Below, one piece after another: positions 47,163 to 55,675 of a stretch of DNA of 56,928 nucleotides (the stretch's first letter is position 1; the number at the start of each line of letters is the position of its first letter). The position numbers and the translations under genes were made by a program. The notes under the pieces are model-generated. The model was not told where the DNA came from and made no database searches. It saw nothing but the letters and a program-made list of their open reading frames with translations. The DNA is from a virus (taxonomy: Duplodnaviria > Caudoviricetes). The DNA is taken from IMG/VR virus record IMGVR_UViG_3300026097_000028, positions 1 through 56,928 of that record; one strand, given 5' to 3'.

Positions 47163-48452
47163 ATGGCAACAAATTTATCATTAGCAAACCTCAGAGATTC
47201 ATCAGCAGCAACTACGGCAGCAATTTCAGATGTAATGGGTTCTACTCCATCTGCAGGTTCAAACATTAGTTTTTCATCGTTCGCAATCACTTCGGTTGGT
47301 TCAATCAGCGGTTTCACCTATGGTGTAGAAAATACCTCTGAAAATTACACACTATCTTTTAGTGGAGCGGGTGGAAATCATGATGCTAGATTGGCTAGTT
47401 ATGCACCAAATTTTACTTGGTCAGTTGCAGCTGGAACAACAATTAGTATTGGTGGTTCTCAAAATAAGACAGCAACGATAACATTCTCCGATAGAGCAAA
47501 TACGGATACTAGATTAGCTGTTGCTTCAAACACATTACGAGTATCTTATAGTGAACCATTTAACCTTAATAATGGTGATGCAACTGGATTAGGAACAAAT
47601 AAAGATAAAACTATATATGCAGTTGATTCTTACGATGGTAACTCAGCAGCATTATGTTTAACAGCAGATTCACCAATCCTTTTATCGGATGGTCAAATCA
47701 TAGATGCGGGGGATTTGGAAGAAGGTGATATCTTAAAAGGTTATTCATTATCTGGATTAGGACAAGATTCTGATAGTGATTTCTTAAAATGGTCATCTTC
47801 AGAATTAGGTGAAGTATCTAAAGATGTTGTTGTAACCAATCTTACATATTCATTCGCATCAAGATATTATAATGTAAATGATGGTGAAATTACAGGAACA
47901 GCAGACCACCCAATGTTGGTAAAGGATTCAGTAGATGGTTTATATAGATTTAAGGAATTACACAACTTAGTAGTTGGTGATAAACTGATTAAACAAGATG
48001 GTAGTTCATTACTTGAAGTGGATGTAACATCTGTTACCTCAACTGATAGTACGGTGGAAATTGTTTCCATTGATGTGGAACAGGAAGATACTTACTTAGT
48101 AAATGGGTATATTACTCATAATAAAGGTGGTAATACTTTTAGTGATTTCGCTGGACCTTCTGCACCAACTATTACATACAACAACCCAGCTGGGGCACAA
48201 AACTCTAACTTGAGTTGGACAACACCAACTGCAACGGGTACTACTGGTGTAACTGATTATGATTTGGATGTTGATAATAACTCTAATTTCTCATCACCAG
48301 ATGGAACTCACTCAGGAACATTTAGTGGAAACTCACTTAATGTATCTGGTCTTTCAACTGGTACTTGGTATGCTAGAGTAAGAGCAAGAGAAATGGGTGT
48401 ATATGGTCCTTGGTCATCTACATTAACATTCTCTCATACATTTGAAAACTAA
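47163..48452 (+). CDS. Virion protein with Hint (intein-like) domain and C-terminal FN3 domain
   Basis: Hint from C165 (CLTADSPI) via TADHP to YLVNGYITHN320; FN3 LSWTTP..YDL..GLSTGTWYARVRA..GPWS. Confidence 0.8.
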   Translation: MATNLSLANLRDSSAATTAAISDVMGSTPSAGSNISFSSFAITSVGSISGFTYGVENTSENYTLSFSGAGGNHDARLASYAPNFTWSVAAGTTISIGGSQNKTATITFSDRANTDTRLAVASNTLRVSYSEPFNLNNGDATGLGTNKDKTIYAVDSYDGNSAALCLTADSPILLSDGQIIDAGDLEEGDILKGYSLSGLGQDSDSDFLKWSSSELGEVSKDVVVTNLTYSFASRYYNVNDGEITGTADHPMLVKDSVDGLYRFKELHNLVVGDKLIKQDGSSLLEVDVTSVTSTDSTVEIVSIDVEQEDTYLVNGYITHNKGGNTFSDFAGPSAPTITYNNPAGAQNSNLSWTTPTATGTTGVTDYDLDVDNNSNFSSPDGTHSGTFSGNSLNVSGLSTGTWYARVRAREMGVYGPWSSTLTFSHTFEN

Positions 48453-48541
48453 TAAGTAAAAATAAATTTTACGTTTGGGATAAATCCATATATTTATATA
48501 TATATAACATTAACAAACACAAAATATTAAATTAAAAAGTT

Positions 48542-48826
48542 ATGGCGGAAGCAATTAAATTTACGGAAGAAGAAGTAAATTCAATCAATCAACTAAGACA
48601 AGATGTAGCAAGTGTGTTTACACAATTAGGACAAGTTGCTATTGAAAAGAAAAGAAGAATTACTGAAATTGAGGGAGTTGAATCTCAATTGTTACAAAAA
48701 CATTCGGATTTACAACAACAAGAACAAGAATTGTTCAATGGTTTGAATGAAAAATATGGAGACGGAAATTACGACCCTACAACAGGTGAGTTTACCCCAA
48801 CTCCAAAAGAAGATACTAAAGAGTAA
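48542..48826 (+). CDS. Small coiled-coil protein preceding the sheath
   Basis: KFTEEE..I..LGQ..LNEKYGDG.YDP.TGEF signature; TATTTATA at 48491. Confidence 0.6.
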   Translation: MAEAIKFTEEEVNSINQLRQDVASVFTQLGQVAIEKKRRITEIEGVESQLLQKHSDLQQQEQELFNGLNEKYGDGNYDPTTGEFTPTPKEDTKE

Positions 48827-48903
48827 CTTTATTCTTCAGTATCTTTCATTATACTTATATAAGAGTATTATTATACAAAAATATTAACAAGGAGTAATAA
48901 AAC

Positions 48904-51201
48904 ATGGCAGAAAAGATTGTATCACCTGGTGTATTTACAAGAGAGAATGACCTTTCTTTCTTATCACAAGGGATTGGAGAAATCGGAGCAGCAATAATTG
49001 GACCATTCCATAAAGGACCTGCATTCGTACCAACCGTAGTAAACACCCAATCAGAATTTGAATCAATATTCGGTACACCGAATGGTGATTTCTACACGGG
49101 ATATACCGTACAAAACTATTTAAGAGAAGCTGGAACAGTAACTATCGTTCGTGTTGGACACGTTGGTGGTTATTCTCACGTTGACCCAATTGCTATTAAA
49201 GTAAGTGGTTCAAGTGGTATTCAAGTTGTTGGTACTCTTAATGTAACTCACAATGGTGATGAATCAGTTGGTTTGCCTGATACTATTATCGATTCTCAAC
49301 CATCTGCTTCCGCATTCTCTATTTCAGGTTCTGAATTAGGAACTGAAGTATCTGCATCTATCTTACCATCTGCTGGTAATGATTTATCAGATGTATTTGG
49401 TGAGAATGCTAGAGGTTCTAAAAATGCTTATGTTTACAATTACTATGAATCAGCAGCAACTAATCAATCTGATGAACTTACTGCAGGAGGACAAGTAATT
49501 TTAGAAACAATGCCAGAGCAAGATTTTGGTTATGATATCCAACATGCATCTACTCCTTGGATTCAATCACAACTAATTTCAGGTGAGAGAAGTAACTTAT
49601 TCAAATTACACACTCTTGGTGATGGTTCAAACTATAACAAAGAATATAAAGTATCTATCTTTAATGTAAAAGCAGCAGGAGAGACTAACTCTACTGACTA
49701 CGCTACATTCTCATTAATGATTAGAGGATATTCTGATACTGATAGAAGAAAATCTGTATTAGAAACTTACAATAACTTAACGATGGACCCTGCTTCACCA
49801 AACTATATCAAAAAGATTATTGGTGATATGAATGTTACTATTGATGCAAATGGTAAACAAACATTAAATGGTGATTATCAAAACCGTTCTCAATTCGTAC
49901 GAGTTGAAACGGTTGAAGAAGGTTCATTCCCAATCACAGCAGGACCTTTTGGACATGAAGCTTATGCTAATACAATATTAGTTGCTGATGAAACTGAAGT
50001 ACCTGCAGTAGTATTCTCAACAAATTCAGATGATAACACTGCTTCATCTGCTACATCATTTAGTGGTATTGATTTAGAAACTACTTTAGTTAAGATTGAT
50101 AACTCACATTACCTTAAACCAATTCCTGATGGAGCTGGTGTAGGTTCTAACGTTGCATTCGCATTCGATTCTGGTGAATTATCTTATGAATTAACCGGTT
50201 CTGATTCTGCAGATGTAAATAAAAGACAATTTACAGTAGGATTCCAAGGTGGATTCGATGGTGTATCTCCGACCGTATCTATTGATAAAGGTTCTGATAT
50301 GGCAGTTGGGAACTCCCAAGGATTTGATTTATCCACTTCAACCGCTAGTGGTTCAGTTGCATATGTAAAAGCAATTGCTTCTGTATCTAATCCAGATGAT
50401 TTTGATATTAACTTAGTATCGGTACCGGGTGTAATTAGACAGTATCATTCTTATGTATTTGATAAAGTAACTGATATGGTTGAATCTCGTGAAGATGCAT
50501 TCTTCATTGGTGATGTAGTTGGTGTAGATAGTACTATAACTGATGCAATAGAACAAGGTAATAATGTAGATTCTAACTATGTTGGAACTTACTACCCATG
50601 GGTTAAAACAATCGATTCAAGAACAAATAAACTAACTTCAGTTCCACCATCGGTATTGATGCCAGGAATCTACGCTTCTAACGATGCAGTTGCAGCTGAA
50701 TGGTTTGCACCAGCAGGTTTAAATAGAGGTGGAGTTGTAGGAGCAGTTTCTGTTCTAAACAGATTAACTCACGCTGAAAGAGATACACTATATGAAGGTA
50801 AGATTAACCCAATCGCGCAATTTCCTGGAGAAGGTATCGTTGCATTCGGACAAAAAACCTTACAAGATAGAGCATCTGCACTTGATAGAATCAATGTTCG
50901 TAGATTGTTGATTAAAGTTAAGAAATACATCGCATCTACATCAAGATACCTTGTATTCGAACAAAATACGGCAACAACTCGTTCTAAATTCTTGAATACT
51001 GTTAATCCTTATTTAGAAGGAATCCAACAAAGACAAGGTTTATACTCGTTTAGAGTAGTAATGGATGAATCTAACAACACACCAGATGTAATTGATAGAA
51101 ACATCTTGGCAGGGGCTATTTACTTACAACCTACTAAGACTGCTGAATTCATTGTAATTGATTTCAACATTCTACCGACTGGGGCTAGTTTCACCGCATA
51201 A
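48904..51201 (+). CDS. Tail sheath protein (T4 gp18-like)
   Basis: SPGVFTRENDLS, GPAFVP, YYPWV, WFAPAGLNRG, FGQKTL..SALDRINVRRL, PTKTAEFI. Confidence 0.95.
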   Translation: MAEKIVSPGVFTRENDLSFLSQGIGEIGAAIIGPFHKGPAFVPTVVNTQSEFESIFGTPNGDFYTGYTVQNYLREAGTVTIVRVGHVGGYSHVDPIAIKVSGSSGIQVVGTLNVTHNGDESVGLPDTIIDSQPSASAFSISGSELGTEVSASILPSAGNDLSDVFGENARGSKNAYVYNYYESAATNQSDELTAGGQVILETMPEQDFGYDIQHASTPWIQSQLISGERSNLFKLHTLGDGSNYNKEYKVSIFNVKAAGETNSTDYATFSLMIRGYSDTDRRKSVLETYNNLTMDPASPNYIKKIIGDMNVTIDANGKQTLNGDYQNRSQFVRVETVEEGSFPITAGPFGHEAYANTILVADETEVPAVVFSTNSDDNTASSATSFSGIDLETTLVKIDNSHYLKPIPDGAGVGSNVAFAFDSGELSYELTGSDSADVNKRQFTVGFQGGFDGVSPTVSIDKGSDMAVGNSQGFDLSTSTASGSVAYVKAIASVSNPDDFDINLVSVPGVIRQYHSYVFDKVTDMVESREDAFFIGDVVGVDSTITDAIEQGNNVDSNYVGTYYPWVKTIDSRTNKLTSVPPSVLMPGIYASNDAVAAEWFAPAGLNRGGVVGAVSVLNRLTHAERDTLYEGKINPIAQFPGEGIVAFGQKTLQDRASALDRINVRRLLIKVKKYIASTSRYLVFEQNTATTRSKFLNTVNPYLEGIQQRQGLYSFRVVMDESNNTPDVIDRNILAGAIYLQPTKTAEFIVIDFNILPTGASFTA

Positions 51202-51252
51202 TTAAAAAAATAAAAAAACTATATTTATTAGTATAATAGGAGAATAAACAAA

Positions 51253-51744
51253 ATGGCAGAAGTATTAGAATTTAACGATATGTTCTACACGAACTTCGAA
51301 CCGAAGATGAAGAACAGATACATCATGGAAATTGATGGTATCCAATCTTATCTTATCAAGGCTGCAAACAGACCTTCAATTACGTTCGAAAAGGTAACAC
51401 TTGACCACATTAATGTTAAAAGACAATTAAAAGGTAAAGGTGAGTGGCAAGATATCGAAATTACATTATTTGACCCAATTGTTCCAAGTGGAGCACAGCA
51501 GGTGATGGAGTGGATTAGAACCTCTCATGAATCTTTAACTGGTAGAGATGGATATGCGGATTTTTACAAAAAAGATGTAGATATCTATATGTTAGGACCA
51601 GTTGGTGATAAAATTGAAAATTGGAAAATCAAAGGAGCATTTATCCAATCAGCAAACTTTGGTAGTTTAGAATGGGCAAGTGCAACTGATGTAGCTGAAA
51701 TTACTTTAACTTTATCTTACGATTACGCAGTTTTAGAATACTAA
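51253..51744 (+). CDS. Tail tube protein (T4 gp19-like)
   Basis: FEPK..NRY..RP..W..I.ITL.DPI..W..GAF..F..L.W..ITLTLSYD; follows the sheath. Confidence 0.88.
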   Translation: MAEVLEFNDMFYTNFEPKMKNRYIMEIDGIQSYLIKAANRPSITFEKVTLDHINVKRQLKGKGEWQDIEITLFDPIVPSGAQQVMEWIRTSHESLTGRDGYADFYKKDVDIYMLGPVGDKIENWKIKGAFIQSANFGSLEWASATDVAEITLTLSYDYAVLEY

Positions 51745-51768
51745 TACTCCTCAATACTAAATATTTTT

Positions 51769-51802
51769 AAAAGGGTTCTCTTTGTGAGAATCCTTTTTTT
51801 TT
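51769..51802 (+). terminator. Rho-independent terminator
   Basis: AAAAGGGTTCTC-TTTGT-GAGAATCCTTTT followed by a T run. Confidence 0.8.
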
Positions 51803-51853
51803 CAACTTTTTTTAAATTATATATTTATATACAAACAAATTAAATAAAAGTTT

Positions 51854-52621
51854 ATGGTGAATCATGATTTTCCAACGGAAGTAATCGAACTTCCATCACA
51901 GGGTAAAGTTTATCCAGAAGGACACCCATTATCAAAGGGCACAATTGAAATCAAGTATATGACTGCAAAAGAAGAAGATATACTTGCATCTCAAAATTTG
52001 ATAAGAAAGGGGGTGGTACTTGATAAGTTATTCGAATCTGTGGTTGTAGAGCCTGGATTAGATATTGGTGATATTTTTATCGGTGATAAAAATGCAATCT
52101 TACTTGCAACTCGTGTATTAGGATATGGTGCAGATTATCAAGTAGAAGTAACTGACCCGTTTACATTAGAACAACAAAAAGTAACAATAGATTTATCTAA
52201 AATTCAAATAAAGGAAATGGATACATCTATTCTCAACTCAGATAATTTATATGAACTAGAACTACCTGTTTCAAAGAAAAAAATTAAAATAAAATTACTT
52301 ACTCATAAAGATGAAATAAGTATCAATGCTGATATTCAAGCAATGAATAGATTGGCTAAAGGTAAAGATATTGTTTCTCAAGATGTATCAACTCGTTTAA
52401 GATATATGATACAAGAGGTTGATGGTAACACGGAACGAGGATTTATCAACAAATGGGTACAAAATAATTTACTTGCAAGGGATAGTAAAGCAATTAGAAA
52501 CTTTGTGAAAGAAATTTCACCTGATTTGGATTTAAAATATGAGTTCACATCAGAAATAACTGGTGAAACGGAGGCACTTGATATCCCATTTGGGGTAGGG
52601 TTTTTTTACCCTACCGAGTGA
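51854..52621 (+). CDS. Baseplate hub / tail assembly chaperone (T4 gp26-like)
   Basis: IELPSQGKVY, KYMTAKEEDIL, GDKNAILLATR..GYG, PDLDL, IPFGVGFFYP end. Confidence 0.75.
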   Translation: MVNHDFPTEVIELPSQGKVYPEGHPLSKGTIEIKYMTAKEEDILASQNLIRKGVVLDKLFESVVVEPGLDIGDIFIGDKNAILLATRVLGYGADYQVEVTDPFTLEQQKVTIDLSKIQIKEMDTSILNSDNLYELELPVSKKKIKIKLLTHKDEISINADIQAMNRLAKGKDIVSQDVSTRLRYMIQEVDGNTERGFINKWVQNNLLARDSKAIRNFVKEISPDLDLKYEFTSEITGETEALDIPFGVGFFYPTE

Positions 52622-52829
52622 TTATAGTATTCAACTCCATTCTCAGATATGGGAAATGGTTAATTATGGAAATGGGTTTACGTGGTCTGAAGTTTATACG
52701 ATGCCAATCCATTGGAGAAAGTTTTATTTTAAGAAACTTTTAGATGCTAAGAAAAAAGAAAAAGATGAATATGATAAACAAAATCGTTCATCTTCTTCAA
52801 AAGGACCTGGTGTAAGAGTGAGGAAGTAA
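52602..52829 (+). CDS. +1-frame extension / small chaperone ORF (T4 gp51-like), probably reached by frameshift
   Basis: Hand translation FFTLPSDYSIQLHSQIWEMVNYGNGFTWSEVYTMPIHWRKFYFKKLLDAKKKEKDEY..RK*; open from the T7 run; first ATG only at 52656. Confidence 0.65.
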   Translation, partial: FFTLPSDYSIQLHSQIWEMVNYGNGFTWSEVYTMPIHWRKFYFKKLLDAKKKEKDEYDKQNRSSSSKGPGVRVRK

Positions 52830-52847
52830 TTTCCTCACTTTTTTTTT
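52817..52847 (+). terminator. Rho-independent terminator
   Basis: AGTGAGGAA-GTAAT-TTCCTCACT followed by a T run, overlapping the stop of the +1 ORF. Confidence 0.75.
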
Positions 52848-52892
52848 ACCCTATATTTATAGTAGTATAAAACTATAAAGGAGAAACTCCCT

Positions 52893-53102
52893 ATGTCAAA
52901 AGAAAAGATAAATGAAGGATTATTTGGTTCTGCCAAAAGGTTTTCTGATGCATTTTTTGATGGATTAAAATCAAATGTAACTAATAATGCATTGAAAAAA
53001 GCAAAAAGTAGAAAAGATATACCAGTTCCTATTGTTAAAAAAATGGAAGAATTGGATAAGGCAGCCAAAGAATTGGAAAAGATGTTAAAAGACTTAGAAT
53101 AG
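52893..53102 (+). CDS. Small hypothetical protein
   Basis: TATTTATA at 52854, AAGGAG upstream; leader MSKEKINE. Confidence 0.6.
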   Translation: MSKEKINEGLFGSAKRFSDAFFDGLKSNVTNNALKKAKSRKDIPVPIVKKMEELDKAAKELEKMLKDLE

Positions 53103-53113
53103 GAATTTTATAA

Positions 53114-55663
53114 ATGGCACTCTCTCAAGCAGAAATAAATAAACTATTACGTGATGCTAACACGATAAAAAATGATGCAAAAAAGATACTCGATGATGAG
53201 GTCAAACGAACGGGTGCACTTGCAGATGAGATTAAAAAATCAAATTCCGCATACAAAGAAAAGGTAAAATTATTAAGAGAAATAAACCAACAAATCCAAA
53301 GTTCTCGTACCATAAGTAAAGAACAGATTTCTGATTTAATGCAACAAGAGCAATCTTTAAAAGGATTGACAGGTATTCAGTCATCATTTGTTGATTCTGA
53401 AAGAAAACGATTAGAGTATTCCAGAAATGGGTTAGATATGTACCCTACTACTGAAGCTAAATTATCAAGTATAGCTTCTTTAAATCAAGAATTATTAGGA
53501 TTATCAGCAGAAGATGTAATATCAAGAGCAGAAATTATCAGACAGATAGAATCTCAAATGGGTTCTATGAAAAATCTTGGTAAAGATGCTCAGTATCTAT
53601 TGGATATAGAAAAGGATAAATTTGAAACTGCTAAAAACATATCTGCCTTAACTGAAGGTGAACAACAACAATTAGAAAAACAAATATCTGCTTATAAATC
53701 AATTAAAGATACAATTGGTGGTGTTCTTGATACTGCATCTGCGTTATCTAAAACCGTAGGTGGTGTAGTAGGTTCATTGATAGTAGGCGCCGGTCATATT
53801 ACTGAAGCTCTTGGTAAAACTACTCGTGAAATAGGTGGTTTTGTTGGTGGGTTAACTGGTGCAACTTCACAAGTTACCTTATTAGGAACTATATTTCCAA
53901 ATGCATTAGATTCTGCTAAAGGGTTACAAAGTGAATTTGGTGGTATAGAACAACTTTCTTTCAGAACTAAGTTAAATACCTCTCTAATGGCTACTAATAT
54001 GGGTATTAGTGGTCAAGAAGCAGCACAACTCACTGCTAATTTTGCAAGATTAAATGGTGGTTCTATTGAAACCGCACAAAATCTCGCCGAATCTACCAAA
54101 CAATTGGCAAAAGCAAATGGATTAATGCCATCTGTGATTATGGCTGATGTAGCTAGTTCAACAAAAGCATTCGCTGAATATGGTGCACAGGGAGGACAGA
54201 ATATAGGAGAAGCAGCAGTAGCTGCAGCTAAACTTGGGGTAAATATGGGTACCCTAACAAATGTAACTGATAACCTATTAGATTTTGAATCTTCAATTAC
54301 CAAAGAATTGGAATTAGGTGCAATGTTGGGCAGAAATATTAATCTTAACAAAGCAAGACAATTAGCATATGAGGGAAAGATAGGTGCATCTGTAAAAGAA
54401 GCACTGAATCAAATGGGTGGTATTGAGGCATTTAACAGAATGGATATTTTCCAAAAACGTCAAGCAGCAGCTGCGTTGGGATTATCTACCGAAGAACTTC
54501 AAAAAATGGCATCCAATATGGATAAGTTAAATGATGATGGTACCATACAACTATCTACATTTGATTCTATGAAAGAATCACTTACCGCTTTTGCAACTGG
54601 GCCTCTTGGTTCTACTCTTAAAGGATTTGGTTCAATGGTAATTGCAACAGGCCAGATGAATACGGGGTTAAAAGCAATGGGAACTTCTATTGGTGGAGTT
54701 GTTAAAAGTATATGGAGAGGTTTAAAGGGGTTGGTAATGTGGCCAATAAATCTGGCAAAAGCAGCTGCTATTAGAGTGGGTGGTAGTATGGGTATTGGTA
54801 GAAACGTTGGTGCAGCAAAACCACCTCCATTACCTGATGTAGGCAAAACAACCGATACAATATCAAAGGTAAAATCGCCAAAGGCTGGAATTGGAAAATC
54901 ATTAAAATCTCTTGCAGGTGGATTAAAAGCAATGGGTACTCCACAAGTTTTATTTGGTGCACTTAACTTATTACCAACTGCTTTAGGATTTGCGGCAATG
55001 ACTCTTGGAGCTATTGGATTAACTGCAGTTGCATTAGGTGGTTCTGCTGCAGGTATTGGATTAAGTGGACTTGCGGTAGGTTTATCAGCATTAGGTGCAG
55101 CAGCACCTGTTGGTATAGTTGGGGTTGGGTTATTAGCAGCACTTGGTGTTGCGTTAATACCATTAACTTACGGATTATCTCTACTATCACCATTATTAGA
55201 ATCGTTTGGAACGATAATAACGAGTGTTTTTAGTGGAGTTGGAACTATTATAGACCATGTAACTACAAGTATTGTAACTTTAATGGATAATATTACATTA
55301 GAAAAAGTTGCATCGATTGGATTATTATCTCTTGCATTCATGGGATTAGCAAGTTCGTTATATTTGTTAGGTTCTGCTGGTTTATTTGCTCTACCTACCT
55401 TATTAGGTATTGCTGCCGCATCTGCAGGAATTGCTATTGTAGCTGAATTATTTGGTTTAGGGGGGCAGAATGGTGGTGAAGAAGCTAGTGGTTTGGAAGA
55501 TGGTAGTTTATCAGATTATCAAACACAAATGTTAGAACAAATGAAACTATTGATTGCAGCTACCTCAGCACCAAAAGATTTCATAATAGATGGCCAGAAA
55601 TTTGGTAAATATGTGACTAAAAATCAAAGAAGAGATACAACTAATAACTTCCAAGTAGGATAG
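53114..55663 (+). CDS. Tape measure protein
   Basis: Helical Ala/Gly/Leu-rich; LLDFESSITKELE...LGRNINL.KARQLA; hydrophobic C-terminal third; follows the tube and chaperones. Confidence 0.8.
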   Translation: MALSQAEINKLLRDANTIKNDAKKILDDEVKRTGALADEIKKSNSAYKEKVKLLREINQQIQSSRTISKEQISDLMQQEQSLKGLTGIQSSFVDSERKRLEYSRNGLDMYPTTEAKLSSIASLNQELLGLSAEDVISRAEIIRQIESQMGSMKNLGKDAQYLLDIEKDKFETAKNISALTEGEQQQLEKQISAYKSIKDTIGGVLDTASALSKTVGGVVGSLIVGAGHITEALGKTTREIGGFVGGLTGATSQVTLLGTIFPNALDSAKGLQSEFGGIEQLSFRTKLNTSLMATNMGISGQEAAQLTANFARLNGGSIETAQNLAESTKQLAKANGLMPSVIMADVASSTKAFAEYGAQGGQNIGEAAVAAAKLGVNMGTLTNVTDNLLDFESSITKELELGAMLGRNINLNKARQLAYEGKIGASVKEALNQMGGIEAFNRMDIFQKRQAAAALGLSTEELQKMASNMDKLNDDGTIQLSTFDSMKESLTAFATGPLGSTLKGFGSMVIATGQMNTGLKAMGTSIGGVVKSIWRGLKGLVMWPINLAKAAAIRVGGSMGIGRNVGAAKPPPLPDVGKTTDTISKVKSPKAGIGKSLKSLAGGLKAMGTPQVLFGALNLLPTALGFAAMTLGAIGLTAVALGGSAAGIGLSGLAVGLSALGAAAPVGIVGVGLLAALGVALIPLTYGLSLLSPLLESFGTIITSVFSGVGTIIDHVTTSIVTLMDNITLEKVASIGLLSLAFMGLASSLYLLGSAGLFALPTLLGIAAASAGIAIVAELFGLGGQNGGEEASGLEDGSLSDYQTQMLEQMKLLIAATSAPKDFIIDGQKFGKYVTKNQRRDTTNNFQVG

Positions 55664-55675
55664 GGATAGAATAAA

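Noticed and set aside
47163-48452. Mobile intein as a mobile element
   Set aside because: No homing endonuclease and the +1 residue is Lys; treated as a resident Hint domain instead
48810-48845. Imperfect inverted repeat over the stop of 48542..48826
   Set aside because: AT-rich with no convincing T tail; may be a weak terminator but not supportable
791-55193. Minus-strand and nested ORFs in the ORF track (e.g. 4517..5113, 13900..14280, 34472..35002, 19763..20014)
   Set aside because: They lie within well-supported + strand genes, show no motifs, and read like antisense or off-frame shadows
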